A stretch of DNA of 64,000 bases from assembly GCA_026770705.1 (NCBI GenBank), contig JANJGN010000010.1, forward strand, positions 158,720,001 to 158,784,000, read 5' to 3'. The DNA comes from Isurus oxyrinchus. Its lineage: Eukaryota. Below the pieces are notes generated by a model, which was not told the DNA's origin, did no database searches, and worked only from the letters and a program-made list of their open reading frames with translations. This document shows, one piece after another, positions 1 through 10,797 of this stretch (position 1 is its first letter; the number at the start of each line of letters is the position of its first letter). Position numbers and translations under genes: made by a program.

Positions 1-159
1 AGGGGGATAACAAATTACTTCATGAGTGAACATGACTTGGATGATTTTTTTTCTCTCTCACTGATACAAGAAAATAATTCATTTGGGAGAAATAGGGCAA
101 CAAACAAAATCCATGTGTTCAATAATATTCACTCCCAGACTGTCACTATAATTGGCAAG

Positions 160-800
160 CAAAAGCAACAGCAACTTGCATTTCCATAGTGCCTTTACTG
201 TAGTAGAATATCCCTAAGAGATTCACAGGAGCATTATCTAACAAAACTTGACACTAAGCTGCATAAGATGTATGGGCAGATGATCAAAAGCATTGTCAAA
301 GGGGTAGGTTTTTAAGGAGTGCCTTACACGATGAAAGACAGATAATAAGCAGAGACATTTACGGAGGGAGTTCCAGAGCTTAGGGCCTTGGCTGCTGAAG
401 GCACTGCTGCCAGTGGTGAAGCGATTAAAATCAGGAATGTACAAGAATCCAGAACTGTAGGAATGTAGAGATCTAAGATCTGAGGGTTGTAGGACTGGGA
501 AGGAGGTCACAGAGATGATAAAGGTCGAGGCCATGGAGGGATTTGAAAACAAGGATGAAAATTTAAAAAGAACATTGCTATGCTGGGAGCCAATGTCGGT
601 CAGTGAGAACAGAGGTGATGGGTGTAACTTAGGGCACAGACAGAGTTTGGATGCCTCAAGCTTACGGAGGGTAGAGACCAACCCAGAGTGCATTGGAATA
701 GCCAAGCTGAGATAAAGACATGGAAGGGGGGCTTTCAGCATATGAGCTGCGACAAAGGAAGTGTTGGGCAATGTTACAAAGTTAAAAATAGGCAATCTTA
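160..800 (-). mobile_element. L2-type LINE 3' fragment
   Basis: The minus ORF 238-795 contains a degraded L2 C-terminal motif (GSSAFSSQGPKLWNSL...LKTYPF). The L2-type tail GCAACTTGCATTT..ATAG lies near 170. Confidence 0.65.
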
Positions 801-816
801 GTTATAGTACAGTTAC

Positions 817-955
817 ATAAAAGCAAAATACTGCGGATGCTGGAAATCTGAAACAAAAACAAAAATTGCTAGAAAAACTCAGTAGGTCTGACAGCATCTG
901 TGGAAAGGAAGACAGAGTTAACGTTTCAAGCCCGTATAACTCTTCTTCGGAACCC
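817..955 (-). mobile_element. Penelope-like element terminal (pLTR) fragment with degenerate hammerhead
   Basis: Similar to the copies at 21943 and 24785. The minus strand reads CCGAAGA-AGAGTTATACGGGCTT-GAAACGTTAACTC. Confidence 0.7.
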
Positions 956-985
956 TTCTTCTTCAGTTGGTACAGCTATAATTTT

Positions 986-2295
986 ATCATTTTAAAGCCC
1001 CATACCTCACAAATGTGCAAATACATGTATATTGTTTGCACTTTTATTAGGGTTCAATTTTACCTTGCAGAAGAACGATCACTGGCATTGTAAGTGCTCT
1101 TCTGAGAATTGGCATCATGACCAGTGGAAACGGCTAGAGGGGTTGAATGGCCTACTCCTGTTCCTGTGTTCTTGATCCTGTGAAACAGAATCAGACGCTT
1201 TGCATTGTATTTTGGAATAAATGTACCACTGAAGCAAACTGAATTAGTTTTGAGCAACTTCACCCTGATTGTCATTGCAAGGTAAGTGATCTTGCAATTT
1301 TTAGCATAATTGTGTATTTCTTAAAAAAAAAATTTGTTAGGTCTCCCATCTTATACACAATTCCCTAGACAATAGAATGGGAAGACAACTTTCTAACAAA
1401 TTTCTTTTGCTTTGTAACTGGGCCCCTGGAGTTGACTGGTACTAAATCATCCACAATGGCTTCTCTTGCTACACCTGCACTGTTTGTTACCTCTGGTGTC
1501 ACCCAAGGATCTATCCTCATCTCATGGCTAAATATGGCACCAACTTTGCAAACAGTCTGGTTCAGCCTCAGAGTTTCCAGGAAGAGGGATGGAATCAGTG
1601 CTAGGGAGCAGAGAATAGGGTGGGGACCAAAGATAATAGCTTTGGTCTTCCTAATCTTTAATTGGAGAGGTGTGCTATCAGTTTCCACATGTATGCTGAC
1701 AATGTGTTTTCAGATGATGCCACTGAGAAGCCATATGTGGATATAAAATGGGAAGGCGCCAAGGATAGATCCTTGGGTGACACCAGAGGTAACAAACAGT
1801 GCAGGTGTGGCAAGAGAAGCCATTGTTGATGATTTAGTACCAGTCAACTCCAGGGGCCCAGTTACAGAGCAAAATAAACTTATTAGAAAGTTGCCTTCCC
1901 ATTCTATTGTCTAGGGAACTGTGTATAAGATAAGGGATCTAACAAGATTTTTTTTTTTTAAAAATTCACAATTATGCTAAAAATTGCAAGATCACTTACC
2001 TTGCAATGACAATCAGGGTGAAGTTGCTCAAAACTAATTCAGTTTGCTTCAGTAGTACATTTATTCCAAAATACAATGCAAAGCGTCTGATTCTGTTTCA
2101 CAGGATCAAGAACACAGGAACAGGAGCAGGCCATTCAGCCCCTCCAGCCATTTCCACCGGTCATGATGCCAATTCTCAGAAGAGCACTTACAATGCCAGT
2201 GATCATTTTTCTGCAGGGTAAAATTGAACTCTAATAAAAGTGCAAACAATATACATGTATTTGCACATTTGTGAGGTATGGGGCTTTAAAATTAT
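986..2295. repeat. Large inverted duplication: arms 986-1517 and 1762-2295, with a 244-bp spacer of LINE RT sequence
   Basis: The arms are near-identical reverse complements. ORFs 1060-1275(-) and 2006-2221(+) give almost identical peptides. The spacer and inner arm carry VTSGVTQGSIL (LINE RT motif). Confidence 0.95.
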
Positions 2296-2364
2296 GTCAA
2301 ATCCATTATATATAGATATAATTGGGAAAAATGAAAGTTTGGTCTCAACACACCTCAAAAGGCA

Positions 2365-2470
2365 ATAAAGACAGAAAATATTAGTACTAAAAATATGCAA
2401 CGGGTCCAGCAACATCTGTGGAGACAAAAACAGAGTTAATGTTTCAAGTTGGTGACCTTTCATCAAACTA
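2365..2470 (-). mobile_element. Old Penelope-like pLTR fragment
   Basis: CAGCAACATCTGTGGAGAC..AACAGAGTTAATGTTTC. The minus strand has TTGATGA-AAGGTCACCAACTT-GAAAC, a decayed hammerhead. Confidence 0.55.
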
Positions 2471-2589
2471 TGATCTTTTGCATTAGCAGCAAGAGAATAA
2501 CAATAGCAAAGAAACAACCAACAAGTCTAAAAACGCAAGTATATAGTTGAGATTAAATTTGGCACTTGCATCGACTTTTAAAAAACATC

Positions 2590-3673
2590 TCCCTCAGGAA
2601 ACAAAGGGTAATGGTCGATGGATGCCCTTGCGAATGGAAAGTTGTCTCAAGTGGTGTTCCACAGGGCTCAGTGTTGGGACCCTTGATGTTTGTGTTATAT
2701 ATTAACGATTTGGACGTGAACGTGGGGGGCACGGTTGGGAAATTTGCAGATGACACAAAGATTGGCCGAGTAGTGGATAGTGTAGAGGATAGCCAAAATC
2801 TCCAAAACGATATAGATGGGTTGGTGGAGTGGGCAGTAAAGTGGCAGATGGATTTTAACATAGAGAAGTGTGAGGTCATACATTTAGGGAGGTCAAACAG
2901 TTACAGGGATTACAAAATAAATGGGAATATACTAAGAGGGGTAGATGAAGTGAGAGATCTTGGCGTACAAGTACACAGGTCCCTGAAGGCAACAGTTCAA
3001 GTAGACAAGGTTGTAAAGAAGGCATATAGAATGCTCTCCTTCATTGGCAGAGGTATAGAATATAAAAGTAAGGATCTAATGTTGGAATTGTATAAAATAC
3101 TGGTGAGGCCACAACTGGAGTATTGTGTGCAGTTCTGGTCACCACATTACAGGAAGGACGTAATAGCTCTGGAGAGACCACAGAGGAGGTTTACAAGAAT
3201 GTTACCAGGGTTAGAAAAGTGTAGCTACGAGGAGAGATTGGATAGGCTGGGGTTATTTTCCTTGGAACACAGAAGGCTGAGAGGTGACTTGATTGAGGTG
3301 TACAAAATTATGAGGGGAATAGATAGAGTGGACAGGATAAAATTGTTTCCCTTGATGGAGAATCCTAGAACCAGGAGACATAGATTTGAGATAAGTGGCA
3401 GAAGGTGTAGAGGGGACATGAGGAAGAACTTTTTTTATGCAGAGGGTAGTGGGTGTCTGGAATTCGCTGCCCAAGTTGGTGGTAGAGGCAGAAGCTTTAA
3501 ACTCCTTTAAAAAGTATCTGGATCTGCACCTAAAGTGCTGTAAACTGCAGGGCTATGGGCCGGGTGCAGGAAGGTGGGATTAGAAAGGGCACCTGGGTGT
3601 CCTCGGGCAGGCATGGACAACATGGGCCGAATGGCTTCCTTCTGTGCTGTAACTTTTCTATGGCTCTATGGTT
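2590..3673 (+). mobile_element. 5'-truncated, relatively young CR1 LINE (RT C-terminal half and 3' UTR)
   Basis: ORF 2566-3510 has SGVPQGSVLGP, KFADDTK, RPQLEYCVQFWSP and RRLRGDLIEVYKI. There is a frameshift at the T-run near 3430, and the tail ends in TTCTATGGCTCTATGG. Confidence 0.95.
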
Positions 3674-4699
3674 TTTACTTTTCTTAAGCAATCCCTGTAC
3701 CACAATCATGGAAAGTTAAGGGAGAACATTGCATTGAATGTAAGTCGATGACCAATGGTGTTTGAGGTAAATGTGAGGGATTAGAAGTAAATGCAGCAAG
3801 ACCACATTCTCCAACTTGCTCCAAAGGCCATCCATAACATGTAGTTTTCAAAGCAGCCATGATTAAGTGGATTCAAAAGCAAATCCACCCAATTATAAAC
3901 TAACCTACATAAATTACAACCACGACGCATACATGAAGAAACTAAATTTAAATTTTAAAAAATTTTCACTGATTAAAATAGAAGTTGACCGAGCAGAGAT
4001 AATGAACTGCTATAATTTTATAAAACCCGTAAAGCCTAGTGATAAGCTCTTCAATCCTGAAAGATGATCAAATCTAGTCTTCACCTGACACTCTCACACA
4101 AACACTTCAAAGCAATGATCAATAGAAAAAGAGCAAGAACCGCACCCTGGCCAACTTTTCCCTTTCCTAACCCAGGGACATGTCTCTACTGACCCTGTAC
4201 TGTTTCATTTAGATCAGCCAACCACACATCAAGGCTAGGATCTTGTGAACAGAATTGTGCAAGTCACACTGAGCAGTGTATTTATTACCTCTTACTAGCA
4301 TATTGAAGGAGCAGATTACATTTTTGGAGCAAGATTTAAAGTTTGCCACAAAAACCAAGTAAAAAAACTTTCAAGAAAGCTTTTGCCAAAAAAATTGACA
4401 TCACAAGATGAATTAACATCGCAAAAAAAACTGGATCAATTGGTTTATTTTCAAGCGGCCAATTGGGAAAATATTCTCAAGACATTGAATAGTCTTTGTT
4501 GTTGACATCTGACAAATTTTACAAATCTACTTTAAATACAGAACTAATTGTGTTTTTTTTTAAACTCCCGATAGTAAATGTGCCACATTGTGTGGTTATC
4601 TAATGTCAGCCAAAGAACCACTGAGGCACAAAGTTTTAGCATCTCTGGGTAGAGATGGGATAAGAAAAGAAATTAGCCGGGGTTCCACCTCATGATTGT

Positions 4700-4975
4700 T
4701 ATCAAGACAGATATAGAATGGTGATTGCCAAAAAAACCAGATGTGATATCAGGGAAAACTTTATGCAACAGTGATTAGGATTTGGAATGCAATGCCATTT
4801 GGGGAGGTGGATACAGATCCATAGCAGCCTTCAAAAGGAAACTGGAAAATACTTGGAGAAAAAATAATGGAGATATGAGGAAATGAACTAACTGAATCCC
4901 TCTATGAAAGCGCCAGCACAGACTTGATAGGCTGAATGGCTTCCATTACTGCTGTACCGTTCTACAATTGTATAT
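4700..4975 (+). mobile_element. CR1 LINE 3' end remnant
   Basis: GGAAAACTTTATGCAACAGTGATTAGGATTTGGAATGC...GGCTGAATGGCTTCC...TTCTA resembles the 3' end of the 2590-3673 copy. Confidence 0.65.
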
Positions 4976-6015
4976 AGATCAGTCAACACATCTTAAATTA
5001 TCCACCAAGAACGACGCAACATTTCACTCGTCCATAACATTCAATTATATTTCCTAAATCATTTCATAGGTCCCCAACTTCCCATTCCAGAAGGTCATTT
5101 TGCAAAAAGCTTCTTGGCAAAAGTCCTACATTTGCCTTTTTGCTATGAACCCATGTCCTGTGTTATGGTTTAAAGCTGTTTGAAGATCTATCTTTACAAA
5201 AAAAATAAGGATCCAAAACACTCCCTCATATCTCAACAAGGGCCTATCCCATTCATCTCCTTTTGAGGCTGAAAAGCCCAAGTTTTTCTATTCTTCCTGC
5301 GTAAGTTGGTCCTTCACTGACCTCATCTGAATTGTGCCACAAACCATTGTTGAAGCACAGTAAATTATTTTAAAATTAGAGAGCTGCTTGGAAGAGGGGA
5401 ATATTTCAGGGTACAGGAGCAAATAGGTGAGTAGGATTAGACCAATGGTTTATGTAACAAGAGTACCAGGACAGACCTGATTGACCAAATAGCCTATGCT
5501 ATAACTTTCTAAGATTTTAAGTATGCTTCGCAGAATGGAAGTTTGCATTTCATTACACTCTTGACGATGGTTTAAGTGAATCAATAGATCAATTTCTCAG
5601 GCACTGAGGATTTGGACTTCATTTATTTTGGTAAAGGCTGGGATTACTTTTCATACCATGACTGCGACCTATAGCCTTTACCCATTTGAAAATGCTTCAC
5701 TGGATTGTGTGAACAATCCTAAATTATAACCAATGGTAAAAGATTTACAAATTGGTTGTCCAGAAAGCAAATGTACTTTAGTGATCTTTGGAAACAAACT
5801 TCAATACCTTGAGATCAATCAGCTAGTGCAATCTGCTAACGTTTCCCTCTTCGGTGTCTATTGTAAACAGCACAGTCCATTGCTGTGTGCTTTCAAATTC
5901 AATATCTATGTGTGTAGGTGTGCGTTTATGTCTCTGGCTTAACACATACGATTTGGGCGTTCTCTGATTTACTTCCTCTTGGAGAGTTAGAAGGTTTTGA
6001 TTTCTAGAGAAATTG

Positions 6016-7300
6016 TGTTAGGAAATAGAGATAGTTTAAGTTATATTGGCACTTGTAGGTGTTAGGAATGAGTTTTAGCTTTAAAATTTAAGTTTGATTT
6101 TTATTTCTGTATTGTTGCATTAAGAAAGGTCAAATTGAGTTTTAGTTTCACTTTAAAAGAGTGCTTGCATTTCTAACGAGGTTTTTTATGACTAAGCTAA
6201 GTTAAACAAAGGGTAGAAGAATTGGGCAGTTGCCTAGCAACAGAGGGGCCAGAGAGGCAGGTCCCTCCCCACAGACACACACAAAAGCGAAAGACAGCAG
6301 TTTGTTTTGGAAGCTGTTGGAGTTCAGCTGGTTTTGGAGTTGCTGCCAGGAGAGGCTGGAACAAAGGGGACAGATAGCCAATCCCAAGCTAAAGAAAAAC
6401 CCCAAAAATCCAGGGGAGAAAGTCCAAAAAGACCTTCTAGTCAAAGGAAGGACAGGAACCTGGAGAAGTCCTGTTATTTAATTGTGAGGGGCAGAGAGAA
6501 AGACCCCAAACTTCAGATTTAAAGAGACAAAAGCTGCAGAAAACATTTAAAGCAAGAACAGAGGCAAGAAGGTCCAAAGAGACAACTGAAACTCTAACTC
6601 TTGGCTATGGCCATGTGAAGCAGTGCTGTACTGTTGACAGCTGAGTCAATGAAAGAGGGCGTATGGAAGACAACTTGAACGAATGTGGTGACCCTGGGAG
6701 AAGAAGAGTTCGAAACCCTGGAGGTGAACCCTTGCGGAAGGTGTCTGAGAGAAAGCGTTGATTTGGGAGAAGATTCCAAGGAGAGCTCTTGAAGAGTGGA
6801 GATTGGAGAGTGGAGATTCACCCTTGTGTGCATGATTGAGTGCAGTGAGACTGGTTGGCTCAGTGTGACAAGCGTCGGTGGCAGGTGGGGGGGGGGGGGG
6901 TTAGTTGAGGAGAGATCCATAGCATAGGTTGAGGTGGCATCTGTCACTTGGTTTCTGAGTGCGGTGTGTCTGACTAAGGGTGCCTATTGGCACGTGGACT
7001 GTGTACTTTGTGGACATAAGTTACAAAAGCTATCTTATAGCTAATGTTTTTCTTACAAATCTGTATATATCTGTAAAGGTATAGCTGTGGGTGAAGGAGC
7101 ATTGTAATAAAGTTCATCTTTTCTTGTTGAATAAATGTTTTATTCTTTCGTTAAAAGTTCACCAGCTGACTCCTGTGACTCTGTTCAATAGCTACTGTGC
7201 ACAGATCTAAACAAACAAATTAAATATTAGGATCTATCAAGCTGTGTTCCACTCTGGGATCAGGCTTGTCTAGGGATAACCTCAGCTGGAGATCTTAACT
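6016..7300 (+). mobile_element. Probable solo LTR (~1.3 kb)
   Basis: Starts TGTTAGGA and ends GATCTTAAC (imperfect terminal inverted repeat), with AATAAA at ~7130. No convincing TSD. Confidence 0.5.
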
Positions 7301-8837
7301 GATATCTGACATTTTGGTAAACTGGCCAATCTATGTAAACTTCCTTTGTTTGACATTACCAATATTTCAATTCAGAGTTTTTTTGAATAGATTTCCCCAT
7401 CTCTGTCAATGATCTGGAACTTTGTTCAGTTGGTGGCACTAATAGTGCAGTAAACTTGCATCAATATATAACTTTTTTGCACCCCCCCCTCCACCAACTC
7501 TACCCCGATTTTAGACTGAATCATACAAATATTCTCTTCCACCATCCAAAAGACATACATTGTTACAAATATAAATACATGACATGCAAAATTGACCAAT
7601 TTCTAGCAGTATTAGTCCAAATTTAAAAGCGCACACCTTTTAATTTGGAGAAAGAAAAGGCAGCTTCAAGATGTACAGAAATTTAGTTTTTGGGTATATA
7701 GAACGTGACATAATCTTTAGTTCTAAAAAAATCACGAATAAAACATTTCACAATATTGTTCTTGATTATCTGAGCCTCACAAATGTAGCGACAGTGACTG
7801 TAAATATAGTTAAAAGGTTCACCACCCATGTATACAAAGCTCTGAACAGTAGAAATTATGCTATCTAGAATTGGCCTTTTAGAAATCTTGAGGCAACACC
7901 AAGAGCACCAACCCAATATTTTACAAGCGCACAAAGGGAGTCCAAGCTGTACAATCCTCCCCATGCAGTTGGACCCAAGTACTCTCTCGGCACCTTGAGT
8001 AGAGACATGTGCAACCTGCTTAACACAACAAGAGACTCTCTGCTTGACCCTGGACGAATGCAGTGGCTGGCAGGAAGACCATTCAAGGGTGCATTTTATT
8101 TTTTAAATACAAAATATGCACAGAGAGGATGTCAAGCATAGAAGAAATCTCAAGAAATAAAAATGTCTACATTTTCTTCACACACTTGAAAGCAGGAACA
8201 ACAACACTCAAATGTCAAAAGTGTGACAAAAACTACAAGATAGATAAGAATCCCAAATTAAGCCACGAGAAAACCAACAATGCATTTTACTGAGTATACC
8301 ATACTGCATAAACTTAAATATAGTTCAAAATTTGAAGGTAACATAACTAAAGCATTCCAATGGCATAATCCCTTAATTACTGCAAACTCCTACTTTTAAA
8401 AAAATAAGCATGGATTTCGCTCCAACAAATCTGATATCTGCTAAATCAGATCTGATATCTCCTACATCAGACTTAAAATCACAGCCCAACTGGCAGAAAA
8501 CCAACTCGCATTTGTGCCTCAGCTGTTATGTAACCGGAGTGACTATGGCAAAATAGAACATTTTAAACGAACTGGGTCTCAAAAAATGACGAATATTTAG
8601 CACTCCACCACCTCAATTTTTTAAAAAAAAAACACAAAAAAGGTCGAACAAACAGCGGGCTCTCCCCGGTAAGACGCCGCGATTCGAGGTTTGGAATCTA
8701 CAAACGGCGACACCAATGAAAAGTTTCGTCCATCCCATTAAAAGGCTCTCGGTGGGGGTGGGTTCAACAGAATCGGAGTCGCGTTGCATATCAGGAACGT
8801 GGGTCACAAAGAAGGACAGGTTTCTTAACGGGTTTCT

Positions 8838-9440
8838 GGTGTGTGTGTGTGTGGGGGGGGGGGGGGGTTAATTCGTCAAAACAGATTGCAGCATCGAATG
8901 CATCCACTGCCCAGCCTTGGGACAATGGCCAGAACCACACTCAGGGCAACTTGACGTTTCCAAAATAAAAAGACTTTTTTTTTTACACACACATATATAT
9001 ATATAAAAAACCGGCCGCCGGCACTGAGAAGATAAACCACCGGGCGCAACGGGACCCATCTTCTCCACATGCAACGACAAACGGGGGGGGGGGGGGGGTT
9101 CCACTTCAGCTTATTTTCCACAAGTGGCTCAACCGTAAACCCACCGCCTTCCAGCCGTTGCTGCTGGGGTGAAGGGGTTGGGGGGTGGGGGGGGGGGGTG
9201 TTTGGCTACTGACCGGTTAAATTGACAGCCCCCAGCCCCCCCTCCCTCCCTCCCTCCCGTCAAACCCCATTCGAACCAACACACCCCCTCTCCCCTCCCC
9301 CCACCACCACCTCCTCCCCACCCCCACCCCAACCCCAACGTCGCCGCCCGGCCCTCGCGACCCACCAGAAGCCAGAGGCGGCCCTGATGCCCGGGCTCCG
9401 ACCACCCCCCACTCCCCACTCCCCACCCCCACACACACAT
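8838..9440. repeat. (TG)n repeat, poly-G runs and C-rich low-complexity tract at the start of GIT1 intron 1
   Basis: Directly visible G and C homopolymer runs. The GIT1 sense strand is G-rich just after the donor. Confidence 0.85.
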
Positions 9441-9458
9441 ATTCACTAAGTCACGTAC

Positions 9459-9510
9459 CTGAGGCGCTGCAGTCGGCGCACACTTCGTTGGGCCTCAGCT
9501 TTCGGGACAT
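9459..9510 (-). CDS. GIT1: ARF GTPase-activating protein GIT1, first coding exon (N-terminus of the ArfGAP zinc finger)
   Basis: The reverse complement reads ATG TCC CGA AAG CTG AGG CCC AAC GAA GTG TGC GCC GAC TGC AGC GCC TCA G|GTACGT = MSRKLRPNEVCADCSAS plus a phase-1 donor (52 nt). This matches the GIT N-terminus (EVCADCS). The MSRK start and the divergent ANKRD13B-type neighbour favour GIT1 over GIT2. Confidence 0.88.
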
Positions 9511-10521
9511 TTTTTTTGGGAGGGGAGGGGGGGGAAGGAAAGGGGGTTTATTTTTTTTTGGGGGATATTTATTATTCTCACTCCCTTCTCTGTTTATTTA
9601 TATCCAGCACTTGACCCCCTTTTTTCCCCCCTTCCCACCCCCCCCCACACACACACATACATACATACATACATACACACACACACCCACCCGACACCAC
9701 CAAGTCTCTAAATCTCCCAGGGCCGGTGTGTTTAGCGCAGACGCATCCGGTTCGAGACAAGTTGCTGGAAAACCGCAGCTTTCCCCGCACCCGCCCCCAT
9801 TAGCAGAGCCAGCGGGAAATGACGACACGGGCCCCGCGCGCAGCTCAACCTGCTGGTGGAATTCCCACGCGCCGTCAACCGATTGACAGCTCGGCCCCAC
9901 CAATGGGCAGGCGGGCCAGCCTGCATTACGTCATTGGTCGCCAATCGGCTTCCTCCCCCCTCCTCCCCCAAAGTTTGGTCGACTCCGAATATAGACAACA
10001 CCCCCCACCCCACACCCCCGCCCGTTCTGGGGGCGGGGCCATGACCGCAAGGGACGCTGGGGTTTGTAGTTCTCCCGGGACAGCTGGGGCCAGCGTGATG
10101 TCATTGGGCACACTGGAGCACATCGACTTGCATGGCAATATTTATCAATCTGAGAATTATTGCCTCGGAGTTGGTTAAGAAGCTGTAGCTCATTTTAAAT
10201 TATAAATTGTCATCAATAATCCCAACCTCAGCGGATGAACTACAGCTCCCAAGAGGTTTTACAACCACGCACCTCCAATATTGTAGGTAATGGGGTTGAC
10301 CAAAAAATTAAATGCATAATTATTGTATATTTCCTCCAATCGGTATCCAGACTGAATGCACAAAAAATAATGGTTTATTTAAGATGGCCACCTTGTAGAT
10401 TTTTCCTTATACTATTCGTAGTCTGCGCTCCATACATATTTTCAATATGTAAGTTTCCCCTACAGTAAGGTGGTAATTCCTCACCCTTCGATTCTCTCCC
10501 ACTTCCTCTTTTCCAATACAG
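9511..10521. promoter_or_regulatory. Bidirectional CpG-rich promoter and 5' UTR region of GIT1/ANKRD13B
   Basis: CCAAT boxes at 9900-9904, 9933-9937 (reverse), 9941-9945 and 10103-10107 (reverse). CRE-like TTACGTCA at 9926-9933 and TGATGTCA at 10096-10103. GC box GGGGCGGGGC at 10030-10039. ACTACAnnTCCC-type (ZNF143/THAP11) motifs at 10057-10070 (reverse) and 10239-10251. YY1-like AAGATGGC at 10381. Confidence 0.8.
10490..10521 (+). promoter_or_regulatory. Putative 3' splice site upstream of the ANKRD13B coding exon
   Basis: A long polypyrimidine tract TTCTCTCCCACTTCCTCTTTTCCAATACAG ends in AG at 10520-10521. This suggests an upstream non-coding exon. Confidence 0.5.
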
Positions 10522-10661
10522 GGAAAGCAAGAATTACAGCGCTTCCTATCGTCTGATATTCAGTAGCCGAGCAATATAGGATTGGTGCCTGTTGCCAGGG
10601 GTTTGACTGTCTGCTGCAAAGGTAGTTTGTATGATATTTGGAAGAGAAGAATGATATCAGA

Positions 10662-10760
10662 ATGATTTCTGCGAGAAGGGTGGCAGAAAAATATCCGTTG
10701 CATTATTTGGTTTGGCATAATAAATACAAGGAGCTGGAAAAGGAACTTAGCACCAAGCAG
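10662..10760 (+). CDS. ANKRD13B: Ankyrin repeat domain-containing protein 13B, first coding exon
   Basis: Encodes MISARRVAEKYPLHYLVWHNKYKELEKELSTKQ followed by the phase-0 donor CAG|GTGGGT at 10761. KYPLHYLVWHN..ELEKE is the ANKRD13B N-terminal signature, and GIT1/ANKRD13B are head-to-head in other vertebrates. Confidence 0.9.
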
Positions 10761-10768
10761 GTGGGTCA

Positions 10769-10797
10769 TGTGTGTGTATGTGTGTGTGTGTGTGTGA
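10769..10797. repeat. (TG)n microsatellite immediately after the ANKRD13B exon 1 donor
   Basis: TGTGTGTGTATGTGTGTGTGTGTGTGTG. Confidence 0.9.

Noticed and set aside
8868-10178. Many overlapping ORFs of 60-130 aa around the promoter
   Set aside because: These are low-complexity Pro/Gly-rich translations of GC-rich promoter and intron DNA. The true GIT1 exon is only 52 nt and is absent from the ORF track.
9459-10760. Alternative call GIT2/ANKRD13A
   Set aside because: KYPLHYLVWHN matches ANKRD13B (13A is HYPLHLLVWKN-like), and MSRK matches GIT1 better than the MSKR start of GIT2. Not confirmed by phylogeny.
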